A stretch of DNA of 64,000 nucleotides from Macrostomum lignano (taxonomy: Eukaryota), in NCBI GenBank assembly GCA_002269645.1, contig NIVC01000087.1, forward strand, positions 62,001 to 126,000. Direction: 5' to 3'. Shown one piece after another: positions 23,972 through 40,665 of this stretch. The notes under the pieces are model-generated. The model was not told where the DNA came from. It worked only from the letters and a program-made list of their open reading frames with translations, and ran no database searches. The translations under genes and the position numbers were made by a program. Position 1 is the first letter of the stretch. Each line of letters begins with the position of its first letter.

Positions 23972-26199
23972 GTGAGTAATTTCATTACTTTATGACATTT
24001 AAATTTTGCTTTTTCCTATCATGTAACGACTTAGTGAGATTGAATGACTTTGAATGAATTGAATGAAAACAAAATACTGTGATTTAATCATTAATGTTGG
24101 CCTATCAAATCAATGCCTTATTTGATTCTTAATATTATATATTATATATAGTAAACAAGAATAAATAATCTATTCATTTAGTTTTCAGGCCATTGGCATT
24201 AGGCATAATTCAAATTTACCCAATTTAAGCCAAACTTTGATTTATAGAGGATCAAAAGCCACATTCTCAAATGTTATATATATATGCCAAAGAATTCTAA
24301 TTTAGTCTATGTTCTGACTATAGTTCATAGTACAACATATTTTAGAAAAAGGTCTCTTTCATTATAGCATATCCAATATATGCCACTTTTACATTGCAAA
24401 AATGTAGTAATAATAATAGGCCTAATAAGTTTGGCTTAGGCAAAAAAGCTATTTGGCCTATAGTTTAGAAGGCAATATATATAATATATGCCAAGATTTC
24501 CTAGCATACAGCCATATTGCGGAAGGTGTAATATGACTATAAAAATGCTTTAGCTGGCGTACATCTGGCGTACAAACGCTTTAAGTGGCTTACATCTGGC
24601 ATACAAATTCTTTGGCTGGCGTACATCTATTGTAACCGGAGGAAATACAACCTCCAAGCACAATCATCTGCTTACAATTCTTAACTATACTTGTTCAAGC
24701 TTTCAGCGCAGCATACAAAAGCATTGATGTACGACACCATTACGTAAATTACGCTAAATAGTCAATAAAGTTACTTTGCTAAGTTATGACAATATATTGA
24801 ATATTTATACAATATATTAAAGTTCTTTTTAAAAAATGTACCTTAACTAGTAGTAAACATAAAAACTTTGTTTTTTACTAAATATTTTTGGTTTTAAACA
24901 ATGTATGTTTTCAATTTTACTTTTTTACAGTAATTTTTTGATGCGCGCCTCGGCATGCTTCTTTCATAGTTTTTGTACTTGTTAATCATGCATTTTTTAT
25001 TGGCGTACAATCTACTAGAACCCTTAATTGGCATACTTTATTGGCGTACACTTTACTATATAGCCAGATACTTTCCAGTGTACATATAACATGATCCGCA
25101 ATATGGGCATACAATAAAGGCACTTGCCATTTTTTGGTAATGGATAGAGTTCCAACATTGGAACCCATTTTTTAATGGCTATGGATCTGGTAGTCTTCTG
25201 CAAGTAGTTATCTACTAATGAAGTCTCTGAACATTAAAAGTATCTTGTTTTGAATCTAATTATTTTGTTTTGATAAGTATGAGTCTTGTAAAAAAATATA
25301 GAATTTGAAAGAGTAGCTAAACAATTCTTTATGAATCTTCAAACTAAATTAAAGAGCTAATAAAACAAGAAGCATTTTAATAAGGAATTATAAAACGGGT
25401 GTTATATGAACTTTATAGAGAGAGCAATTTTTCTAGTAAGTGATTAAAAAATAAATATAGTTAAGTATTCACTGAATATAAAATATTGAATATATAGATA
25501 GCTAGCAATATCATATTATTATATATTAGGCATTTAAAAATGAAAAATAATTTTATAAAATGAAACAACCAAAATAAATAAGACATTTAAAACAAAGATT
25601 TAGATAGACATAAAAAAAAGTTAAAGTTAAAATTTTTTAAGCATAATTTTTCTAGTTTTTTCAAGCTTATAAAGAAGCATTTAAACAAATCTTTGTGTGT
25701 ATTGATTTTCTAGGATAAATAGTATCGCAAAAAAGCATAAAAATCAACTAAGTTATTTGCTAATAAGGTATCTATTATGCAATTTAAATAAATGTCATTG
25801 AAAATGCAATGTGAAAGTGTAGCACTAGACTTGATTTAGATTGGGTAACCATAATGTTAACTGATACTGACTGGCTGAGAAGTTGATTATGTCATAATTG
25901 CTTTGTGTGATTTACTCTGCTTAGAGTTTAAAGTGTTGAATTATATGTGCTAAATTTCATGCTATCAAAACAATGAGAGCTAGCCTAGAAATGAATAGAC
26001 TGAACTGCTAAATGCAGCAATGATAGTTCAAATTTTCTTAGAATAGAATTTTTTTAATTAAAGCTTACATCAGGAAAACTAAAAAACTTTTTAAAAAGAA
26101 ATGTCAAATAAAAATTATAGAAGCATAATGTAAAGAATTATAGAAGCATCATATGAAAAATTGTAAAAGGGTCATGTAAAAATGATAATAAAAGAAAGA

Positions 26200-27550
26200 A
26201 TAATAAAAGAAATGTCATGTCAGACATGAAAGAAGTGTCGTATAAAAATCAAAAGAAGCATAATGTCAAAAATAAAAAAGCATCATGTAAAATTGTGCTG
26301 TGACTCTTGAGGAGAATTACTATGATGTCAAGGCTCACAGAGAATAATTGAGATTTCTGAGATATTAAGGCAAAAGTCAGGCTATATGTAGTGTGCTCGA
26401 ATTTTTTATTATATTCTTTGTTGGCTTGCTACGGGCGGTGCTGATAGAAGAAGCATAATATAAAAAAGAAAAGAAGCATTATGTAGACATAAAAGAAGAG
26501 TCATGTCAAAGTTAAAAGATTCATTTGGGATTTGCTACAATGTCAAGGCTTGGAGGGAATCGCTATAGTGCTGTGATTCTTGGGGAGGAATCACTAAAGT
26601 GTCAAGGCTTAAGGGAGAAGAACTTTTGCAATGTAAAGGCTTTAGGGTTAGGGTTAGGTTTAGTTCAGGTTTTGGTTTAGGATTAGGGTTTATGGGGTTT
26701 CAAGGTTGACAAATGATTTTTTAGATTTCAAGGTTTATGGGGGGCATTGCTGAGATGTCAAGGCTTGCAAGGGGAATAGCTAAGATGTCAAGACTTGCAA
26801 GGGGAATAAATGAGATGTCAAGGCTCCCAAGGGATTGATAAGGTTATTGCAAAAAGAAGCTGTAGTTTAAACAGGTATAAACATGTAGTTTATTCAAAAG
26901 TAGAATAAAGCCTTGACAAAAGAAGTGTCATGTCAGACATGAAGGAAGTGTGATATCAAAAATAAAAGAAATGTCATGTCAGACATTCAAGAAGCATCAT
27001 GTAAAAAACATCACATGAAACTGTGTGCCATGACTTTTGAGGAGAATTACTATGATGTCGAAGCTTATGGGAGAATAGCTGAGATATTAAGGTTCATGGG
27101 GGAATAAATGAGATGTCAAGGCTAAAGTCAGAAGCTACATGTAGTTTATTCAACTTTATTCACTGATAGAAAGTGTCATTTAAAAAAAACAAAAGAAGCG
27201 TCATGTCAAAGTTAAAAGATTTATTTGGGAATCCCTACAATGTTAAGGCTTGCAGGGTATCACTATGATGCTGTAGTGCTATAATGACTCTTGGTGAGAA
27301 TTACTAAAATGTCAATGCTTTAGGGTAAAGGTTAGGGTTAGGCTAGGGTTAAGGTTATATTAGGCTAGGGTTAGTCTTAGAAGCTAGGTTGACCATTTTT
27401 TTAAGATTTCAAGGTATGGGGCATCACTAAGATGTCAAGGGGGGTTTGATATGTTAAAGCTTGTGGGGGAATTGCTGACATGTCAAGGCTTACAAGGAAC
27501 TACTGAGGTATAATGCAAAGAGATGCTACATGTAGTTTATTAAAAAACTT
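26200..27550 (+). repeat. Diverged ~700-bp tandem duplication in HCF intron 1, each unit with degenerate TTAGGG runs
   Basis: TCATGTCAGACATGAA.GAAGTG at ~26215 and ~26928; TTAGGGTTAGG clusters at ~26640 and ~27320. Confidence 0.6.
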
Positions 27551-28309
27551 TTACTGCATTTTTGGCTCTCCAATAAGGGGTGCTGATTGCTAGTGTGAGC
27601 TAAAATAAAACATGGAATTTTAAATTTTATTAAAAAGGCCTAAAATGCAACAAAATTGATCTGTTATTTTAAATTTTGATTTAATCTGAATTTTACTAGA
27701 TTTTTTAGTATTACTATATATTAGTGCTCCACTATATAGATATTTGTATATCAAACAAATATAAGACATAGTGCTCAAATTTGTATTTTAGCTTTGCGCA
27801 CAGTGCATGCTCCAAAAGAGATGCTAAAAATATTTTTGAGCACATGTGACACTTTCCTGAGTATAGGCATAAAGGACCCTTTTTGATTGATAATTCAACC
27901 AAAATCCTCTCCAAGAAATAGAAATCTATCAAAATTCCTCTCTATGAAAACTGAAATCCTCTTGATTAAACAGATATTCAATACACATCAGCAGTTAAAA
28001 ATTGATAGCTACTTCCTCTCTTCCATTTTTCAAAACATGCTACTAACCCATCTACTAAAGAGACAAACAGACTAAATAAGGTTATAGAAGTGGTTTATGC
28101 TTGTTAACAACCTTAATTTTGAAATTTTCAACATTAAAATTGGCTATTTGTTGCATAGAAATATTCTGCATTGTTATATGTAAAAGTTTACTAGCTGTTT
28201 AACTGAAATGGGCAAATAGTCTGCTAGATTAATTGTCTTAGTTTCCAAGTAGTTAACAATGGCGTATGGTCTAATTAATCTAACATATTCTACCCCCAAC
28301 CCAACGCAG

Positions 28310-29202
28310 CCACTGGCCAGTGGTTCCAGCCGCAGGTGCGAGGCGATGTGCCACACGGCTGCGCCGCCTTCGGCTTCGTAGCCGATGGCACCCGAATTCT
28401 ACTATTCGGCGGCATGATGGAATACGGCCGCTATTCTGACGAAGTATTCGAATTGCAGGCCACCAGATGGGAGTGGAAGCGGATTAAACCGAAGCCGCCG
28501 CGTCACGGTCCGCCGCCCTGCGCCAGACTCGGCCACTCGTTCACCCTGGCCGGCGGCCGGGCCATCCTATTCGGCGGCCTGGCCAACAAGAGCACCGATT
28601 TGAAGGCCAACGTGCCGCATTATTTAGACGACCTATACGCCATGGACGTGAAGGCCGGCAGCACCGCCTGGGATCTGCTGAAGCCGGCCGGCATGACGCC
28701 TTGCCCGCGCGAGTCGCACTCGGCCGTGTCCTTCCAAACTGCAGGCGTTAATAACCAACGTAAATGGCACCTGCTAGTGTTTGGCGGCATGAACAATGGC
28801 ACTAGGCTTAACGATCTGTGGCAGTTGGATTTGGATTCGCTGGTTTGGACCAGGCCAATGGTGCACGGTAGTCCGCCGGCGCCAAGGTCGCTGCATAGCG
28901 CCACTATGATTGGCGCTAAAATGTTCGTCTTCGGCGGCTGGGCAGCCATGACCGAGCGAGACAAGACCGAGGCGCTCAGCGTTGGCGACACCGTCCAGGC
29001 CGAGTCCGAGTGGCGCTGCACCAACACCCTGGCCTGTCTGGACTTGGAGACTCTTAATTGGCACGTGTACGACTATCCCAGTAGTGCCGCCGCCGACGAT
29101 CTGGTGCCGAGGCCGCGCGCCGGCCACTGCGCCGTGTCCGTCAATAGCCGACTGTGGATTTGGTCCGGGAGAGACGGCTTTCGCAAGGCCTGGGGCAATC
29201 AG
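28310..29202 (+). CDS. HCFC1: Host cell factor exon 2 (Kelch propeller)
   Basis: Acceptor AACGCAG|CC in phase 1; TGQWFQPQVRGDVPHGCAAFGF...PRPRAGHCAVSVNSRLWIWSGRDG. Confidence 0.95.
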
Positions 29203-29294
29203 GTTTGTTGGATTGGCTTTTGGGCCGCCCCTTTTCCTTTGCCCTAAAGAGGGTCCCCTCCGCCCTCAGTTTGCTCAGTATGGCGCCCTCTTAG

Positions 29295-29425
29295 TGTCTA
29301 ATATGGTACTCCACTAGTGTATGTTATGGTGCCCCTCTAGTGTATATTATGGTGCCCCTCTAGTGTATATTATGGTGCCCCTCTAGTGTATATTATGGTG
29401 CCCCTCTGGTGTATATTATGGCGCC
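29295..29425 (+). repeat. 23-bp repeat (ATGGTGCCCCTCTAGTGTATATT)x5 in HCF intron 2
   Basis: Direct reading. Confidence 0.85.
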
Positions 29426-29579
29426 CCCACTTATGGTTAAAATCCGCCCCCCTCATTTTATATTTCCAAATCCGCCTCTGGTCTTTTGGTTTGTCCGCTT
29501 CCCCTCACGCCCTTTGATTCTCTGTTTTCTGAATCTCACCCATTACATCAGTGTCAAACTCGCCGCATAACACTCGCAG

Positions 29580-31352
29580 GTGTGCTTTAAAGATCTCTGG
29601 CTACTGGAGACAGACGCTCCGCCAGTGGTTGGCCGAGTCCAGCTAGTCAAAGCCAATACTCACAGTTTAGACGTGTGCTGGCCAGCTGTAGCCACAGCTG
29701 ACGAATACGTGCTGCAGATTCAAAAGTACGACTTAGTAGTGCCGGCTCCGACGCCTCCGCCAACGCCGACTTCGGCTATTCAACCCGGCGTTGCCGCCCT
29801 GATGGCCGCAGGCGTACCCGTGTCGGCCTCGATGGCAGCCGGCGGCGGCGGCGGCGGTGTTGCCAGGGTGACTCTGCAGCCGCAGCGCGTGGCCCCGACC
29901 GTGGTTGTCAGCCGGCCAGCCCAGGTGATCCAATTAGCCAGGCCGGCTGGCCAGCTCGCTCAGCAGCAGATGATGACTCTGGTGAAGACGCCCACAGGCC
30001 AGCAGATTCTCCGGCCAACCATGTCCAGCGCATCGCAGGTTGTGAAGCTGCTGCCGCAGCAGGCTAGGCCTCTGGCTCCTGGCGCTACCGGCACCTCCAA
30101 GTACATCATCGCTGCTAGCCGCGGCTCTATCGGCCAGCCGCAGGCGCAGGGCGGAGCCACCGCATCGCCAATCATTGTCATGAATGCGCCAGCCAGCGGT
30201 CAGCAGCAGCAGGCGCCATCATTCACTGTCAAGCCGGTCATCAGTACCGGCGGCACCGGCGCCTCAGCCTCAACTTCTGACGCTGGCGGCTCTTCAACAA
30301 TTCCGCAATTCGACGGCGCTGTTGATGAAGGCGACGAGGCTGCCGGAGCGGACAAGCCTGATGGCCATCAGGCCGCCGCTTCGTCGTCGTCGACTTCGGG
30401 CGCGACTCCGACAACGTCCGGCGCCGCAGCCGCTACGGCATCCGGCGGCAGCGAGGATTTGCCGACCGACCTGCCCTACGACCTGTTCGCCACGGTGGCC
30501 GACTCGGCCAACGGCACGCCCGGCCTGCTGGCCGATCCCCTGGCCACCCTGGCCAGCGTGGCCGCCGCCGGCCTGAAAAAAGCTACGCCAGCCGCCACAG
30601 TTTCAACATCGTCTTCGGCTAATCCGCTTGTGGCATCCGGCGTGTCGCCGGCCTCGTCGTCCAATGCCGACGGCAGCGGCGGGCTCTGGCACGACGTGGC
30701 CACGGTGCGCGGCACCTCCTATTGCGTGCGCAATTACCTGGCTCCCAACAGTGCCGGCGTACTCGAACGCTGCGACCTGACGCCTGGCACTGCTTACAGA
30801 TTCCGCGTGTGCGCTGTTAACGCCTGCGGCCGCGGGCCCTGGTCCGAGGTGGCCGCCTACAAAACCTGCGTGCCCGGCTTCCCAGGCGCTCCGTCGGCTA
30901 TTAAAATTAATAAGTCAGATTTCGGCGCCCAGCTATCCTGGGAGCCGCCGCCGCCCAGCGCCCCGGGTTCCGGCGACATATTCGAGTACACGGTGTACTT
31001 AGCCGTGAAACCGGCCCCGGTCGGTGCCAGCAGCATCGAGGCCAAGACGGCCGGCGGCCAGCAGCAGATGTCATTCGCTAGAGTGTACTGCGGCTCCCAG
31101 CCATTCTGCCAGGTGTCCAACCAGAGCCTGGCCGCCGCCTACATCGATATGAGCAGCAAGCCGGCTGTCATATTTCGCATCGCCGCTAGGAATGACAAAG
31201 GCTACGGGCCGGCTACTCAGGTCCGCTGGCTGCAGGAGGGCGCCTCAGCCCTGCCAGGCGTTGGCATTGGGGGCGGCGGCCTGGCTACAGGCAGCAAGCG
31301 GCTGGCCCAGGATCCCATGCAGCAGGCTAAACGGGTCAAGGATGATTATTAA
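29580..31352 (+). CDS. HCFC1: Host cell factor exon 3 (SAS1N/FN3, linker, C-terminal FN3 pair, basic NLS)
   Basis: VCFKDLWLLET..RVQLVKANTHSLDVCW; PGTAYRFRVCAVNACGRGPWSE; PGFPGAPSAIKI; FRIAARNDKGYGPATQVRWLQE; terminal KRLA...KRVK. Confidence 0.95.
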   Translation: MCFKDLWLLETDAPPVVGRVQLVKANTHSLDVCWPAVATADEYVLQIQKYDLVVPAPTPPPTPTSAIQPGVAALMAAGVPVSASMAAGGGGGGVARVTLQPQRVAPTVVVSRPAQVIQLARPAGQLAQQQMMTLVKTPTGQQILRPTMSSASQVVKLLPQQARPLAPGATGTSKYIIAASRGSIGQPQAQGGATASPIIVMNAPASGQQQQAPSFTVKPVISTGGTGASASTSDAGGSSTIPQFDGAVDEGDEAAGADKPDGHQAAASSSSTSGATPTTSGAAAATASGGSEDLPTDLPYDLFATVADSANGTPGLLADPLATLASVAAAGLKKATPAATVSTSSSANPLVASGVSPASSSNADGSGGLWHDVATVRGTSYCVRNYLAPNSAGVLERCDLTPGTAYRFRVCAVNACGRGPWSEVAAYKTCVPGFPGAPSAIKINKSDFGAQLSWEPPPPSAPGSGDIFEYTVYLAVKPAPVGASSIEAKTAGGQQQMSFARVYCGSQPFCQVSNQSLAAAYIDMSSKPAVIFRIAARNDKGYGPATQVRWLQEGASALPGVGIGGGGLATGSKRLAQDPMQQAKRVKDDY

Positions 31353-31529
31353 TCTCTGTTGAATTAGTCGATTGCATTGCTTGGACTGAATCAATTTCTC
31401 GGTTTTCTCCATTAATATTTGTATATGCTTTTTTATAGTGTTTTTTTATATTTTTGCCCCAACTTTTTTGCTAATCTCTTTGAAGTTACCGCCGTAGTAA
31501 CGTAGAATTTCCCTAGTTACTGTCTCTAG

Positions 31530-31800
31530 CACCATAGCAACGCATGATTTACCATAATTACGGTCGCTACCACTATGACAACAGCATAGCAACGTAGGAT
31601 TTACTTTATTTGCGATCGTTGACACCATGGCAACAGCATAGCAACGTAGGATTTACTTTATTTGCGATCGTTGACACCATGGCAACAGCATAGCAACGTA
31701 GGATTTACTTCATTTGCGATCGTTGACACCATGGCAACAGCATAGCAACGTAGGATTTACTTGGTTACGGTCGTTGACACCATGGCAGCAGCATAGCAAC
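31530..31800 (+). repeat. 52-bp tandem repeat downstream of the HCF stop codon
   Basis: ACCATGGCAACAGCATAGCAACGTAGGATTTAC... x4-5. Confidence 0.85.
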
Positions 31801-32929
31801 CCATGAGGTTTATAGCGGCCTAGTAGCACAGTTGACCCCAGTCCAATGCTGCTTATGCTTATCCAGTTAAATATGATGATTTAATTTTTTGTATACTTGA
31901 AACTTGAATTTATTAATTTGATTTGTTAGTAGTCAGTTAGGTGTTTTTCTATTTTATTTAAAATTCCTCATTTGGTAAATCAGCTGGAGTGAATCGCCTG
32001 ATTTGGCTAAGTAATGAAGCTAAATAATCAATTTTCATCCCCTTCTAGCGTCTAACTTATTCATTTTTCTCTGCTGTGCAGCCCTTAGTAGTTTTATTTA
32101 TAAATTGTCCTCGAACTCACTGCTTCTGCGTTTTGTTATTTATTTATTTATTTACGTAGCACCTGCTGTTTAATGTCTGTAAATTTTTGTTTTTTGTTTA
32201 TATTTATTGTTTAGTTCGCCATTCATATGCGTGTGTGTTATATTATTACTACTAATATTCATCTGTGCAGCTATGTAAATCTTAAAAACAAAAAAGACTC
32301 ATATTTCAGCCTATTGTGTAATTATGCGTAAATGTTAATAAGCTTTGTTTGTAATTTAATTAGCAATAATGTGCTCATCATTAGTTATGTGTTATCAGCA
32401 AGTTAAGTCTGAATTTTTGCTGCAGTTAATAATCATAACCACAAGTAAGCTGGTGTTTCTGCTACTATTCATGTCCGCTGTTTACTAATTAGTTGTTATT
32501 AATCTTAATTACTGACTGGCAAGTTTTTTAATTTGTAAATAAATCTATCCAATGACACTACTTATATTAGTAATATAAATTCACACGAACATTTCTGCAA
32601 TTGCAAGAACTTATTCAAAAAATAAATTAATCAAATGCAACGGTAGCCTTAACTTGTTGCCTGTAAATACATAATTTAATTAATGCTATTTAATAATTTA
32701 TTCCGATCAGAGTGGGAAAAATGATTTTGAATTAAGTATTGTTGATAGAGTCATTTATTTATTGTTTAAAGCCTGTAGTAAAAGAGTGCCTATCTAGCGA
32801 TATTTATTTAAAAGGCCCAATTTCTATTCAAATTCAAATTAGTGAGTGCTGAATAAAAAACCTGGCTAATTGAAGTTTCTGAAATCAGTGGCGTTCTCGT
32901 GCTTGCTAACATGTCATTCAGGGTCCTGA

Positions 32930-33175
32930 TGGGGGGTGACAGCGACTGCGTCAGCGATATACCTGTTGTTTTGGCCATAGACATTCTCAGGCACTACTCA
33001 GAGAGCAGCTATCGCGCTGCTCTGGGGGGGGGAGTCGCCACACAATTACCCCAGCTAATGCTGCCACGAATTTTACTAAGTGTCTTGCTCAAGGACACAA
33101 ATTGTTCCGATTTGGTCGAGAATCGAACCCCCGACCTTTTAGTCGTGAGTTCGCTCTAACCACTGGCTACACCCC
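32930..33175 (-). mobile_element. tRNA-derived CORE-like SINE
   Basis: Minus strand: box A TAGCCAGTGG, box B GGTTCGATTC, then GTGTCCTTGAGCAAGACACTTA resembling the MIR CORE GTGACCTTGGGCAAGTCACTTA; 3' boundary approximate. Confidence 0.7.
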
Positions 33176-33354
33176 TTGTCCAAAAAAGGAACGGTTATAA
33201 TTGTATTGTGTAGGCTGATAAGAGCTATTATCTTGACGAATTCATTTTGAAGAAAAATCTTGCACAGAGCCTTCCAAACTAGTCCTTTTTATTACTAACA
33301 GGCAACAGCAGTCCTAATTGAAGCGCGTTTGTCAGTTCAGGCATCGTTAGCTGG

Positions 33355-38243
<4,889 letters not shown>

Positions 38244-38792
38244 TCTGTGCGGCTCGCGTGTATGCTGGACAAGTCTAAGGCTGAGATTTTCCTCTGAGGG
38301 GTTTGAACGATGCATCAGTTTAATTTATGCTAAATATCAGTTATTGATCTCTTGCTTAGGCTCTGGATTAAAGCAGTTGCCATGCGTTCTTGATGGTTCA
38401 ATTGATATGACTTAACTTATCTGCAAACCGCATCAGCAAACTGCATGATACGAATGAATAATCCGCAACATAGAAAATCGAAGAACACATCTGCACCCAG
38501 AGTTGCAAAACTTGTCATAGATTTTAGAATGCGATTGACGAATTATTAAACAACTGCAGTGTAACTATCATGCTGAATTTGTTACGCTGCCCTAGAGACT
38601 GTCTCTGTAGGATTTTAGCATCTATCAGAGTCCTTCATCATCTGGAATTGCGGCAAAGAATGTATATATCAGTGTGTAAAAGGGTCACAAAAGTTTTCCT
38701 TCTGTTTATTTATTACACTTGTAGCCGCAGCTATTGCGCGGCGCATCTGAAGGCTGCGCACGGCTGTTCAGTCCAAGGACTGGGGGGTCGCC

Positions 38793-39077
38793 AGTAGTAG
38801 GTAAAACGACGCCTACAGACCCAGAGCACTTTTTTAACAGCCGTTTTAAGGGTCTAGAGGGGGACACGGGGGTAAATAAAAAAACACATCTAAACACCCT
38901 TAACACATCTAATCACCCTTAATCACCCATAAACACCCATAATCACCCACATTACCAAAAAAGCAATATAACCCATCCCCAACCCATCTTATCAGCCCCC
39001 CTCGTGTCCCCCCTCTGGAACCTTATAAACGGCCATTAAAAAAGGTCTGATCTGTAGGCGTCGTTTTACCTACTACT
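38793..39077. repeat. 285-bp unit bounded by ~80-bp imperfect TIRs starting AGTAGTAGGTAAAACGACGCCTACAGA (mirror copy 45929-46214)
   Basis: First 27 bp form a perfect inverted repeat; no TSD visible. Confidence 0.8.
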
Positions 39078-39185
39078 ACACATCCAACACCCCCCAACAC
39101 TTCTAACACTTCCAATTCTCTATAACCCCTCGCACGCGCCGCAGGCGCGAAGGGTCTTTTTCTGTTACTAAAAATAGAACAAAAA

Positions 39186-39596
39186 ATGACACACGTTACA
39201 CATATGCAAAATCTGAACGAATTGCAGGTGGGAGACCCAGTTGAATACCGAGGTGAGGGTCTTTTTGATGTGGTTGGTACAGCAGCGAATTTCGTTAAAG
39301 ACAATATGGGTCTTATAGGCCAAGCAGGCTCTGCAGCAGGTTCTATAACAAACGCTGTAAAGGGCGGAATCGAAGCAGCGAGGGCAGTAGAAGAACTAAA
39401 GAAATTGAGAGAATTTAACGACACCCTCTCACAAATAAAAGCAATAAAAGATTTGAAACTAGCGCAGGAAACAACTCAAGCCGCACAACCAACAGAAACC
39501 CCCACGAAAAGCGCGCCAATAAGTAATAAAGATATTCAGGATTTTAATAAAATGTTAACCACAATTAAAGGCGGAAAAGGATTAAAGAAATTTTAA
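39186..39596 (+). CDS. Polinton virion core or membrane-active protein candidate (136 aa)
   Basis: RGEGLFDVVG followed by an amphipathic G/A-rich helix; KGGKGL C-terminus; family assignment by motif only. Confidence 0.6.
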   Translation: MTHVTHMQNLNELQVGDPVEYRGEGLFDVVGTAANFVKDNMGLIGQAGSAAGSITNAVKGGIEAARAVEELKKLREFNDTLSQIKAIKDLKLAQETTQAAQPTETPTKSAPISNKDIQDFNKMLTTIKGGKGLKKF

Positions 39597-39606
39597 CAAT
39601 ATAAAA

Positions 39607-40581
39607 ATGGACACAGATAACGACCGCTTATATTTTATAGGAGAAATTGTAGATACTTTAGATCTAGATGATAATAAACATAGCCACACAATGTTAAAAA
39701 GATTGGATCGTTTAGGTAAAAAACTTGACTACGATATCGATACATTTAAACTTGCTGCAAAATATGCACAAGAAGGAAGGCCAATATCCTTTAAGTATCA
39801 TGGTAGAAATTATAGGTTGACAGACTCTGATGTAAAATTTTTATTGGAGACTCACACTAAAAAAGACGGTGGGTTGTTACCTATTTTACCAATTCTTTTA
39901 GGCCTCGGAGCAGCCGGAGCAGCCGGTTTAGCAGGTAAAAGAATTCATGATAACCGAAAACAGTTAGCAGAATTAAAAGCAAAACAAGGAGGAATATTGC
40001 CATTAGCAACTTTATTACCAATAATTTTTGCAGGAATAGGAGCAGCTGGTGGAATAGCAGGGGGCGCAGCTGGAATCACAAAAGCAGTAAATGATAAAAA
40101 AGCTGCGGATGAAAAAGCTAAACGAGATGCAGAATTTCAAAGACAGCAAATAACACAGGACGCACAATTCAAACAGAAACTTATTGATACCATTAATAGT
40201 AGTTCAGCAACAGCAGAGCAAAAAAGAAATGCAGAAGCTAGGTTAGCAGCCGGAAAAGGTTTACTGTTAAATGGCAACGGTTTGGTACTAAAAGGAACAA
40301 CCCAAGGAAGTGGAGTTGTAGCAGATAAACTACAGGAATTTGGTCAAACTTTAGAAAAAACGGGTGAGAAAGCTAAAGGATTTTTTGACAATATTGGATC
40401 CAATTTTAGACCAGCTGTTCAGAAAATTTTTAATAAATTAGGAAAAGATTTTAACATAATTGAAAAACACGATGGAAGCGGATTATATCTCGAAATGAGA
40501 CCAAAAGCAGGATCAGGAATTTTCTTAAATTCAAACGTTATGGGCAATGGATTGCTATTACCAAAAGCAGATCTCGAATAG
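39607..40581 (+). CDS. Polinton pX/Mu-like core protein (324 aa)
   Basis: GGILPLATLLPIIFAGIGAAGGIAGGAAGITKAVND resembles adenovirus pX GGILPLLIPLIAAAIGAVPGIA; repeated GKGL/GSGLYL motifs. Confidence 0.75.
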   Translation: MDTDNDRLYFIGEIVDTLDLDDNKHSHTMLKRLDRLGKKLDYDIDTFKLAAKYAQEGRPISFKYHGRNYRLTDSDVKFLLETHTKKDGGLLPILPILLGLGAAGAAGLAGKRIHDNRKQLAELKAKQGGILPLATLLPIIFAGIGAAGGIAGGAAGITKAVNDKKAADEKAKRDAEFQRQQITQDAQFKQKLIDTINSSSATAEQKRNAEARLAAGKGLLLNGNGLVLKGTTQGSGVVADKLQEFGQTLEKTGEKAKGFFDNIGSNFRPAVQKIFNKLGKDFNIIEKHDGSGLYLEMRPKAGSGIFLNSNVMGNGLLLPKADLE

Positions 40582-40665
40582 GCTCCTGGGGGGAGGGTCT
40601 GGACACCAAAAACACAAAATTAAAAAATCAATAATTCAAACATTATATAAATTTGATTCTATAAA

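Noticed and set aside
33110-33175. tRNA gene
   Set aside because: Has A and B boxes but no convincing cloverleaf, and continues into a CORE-like body, so it is a SINE head
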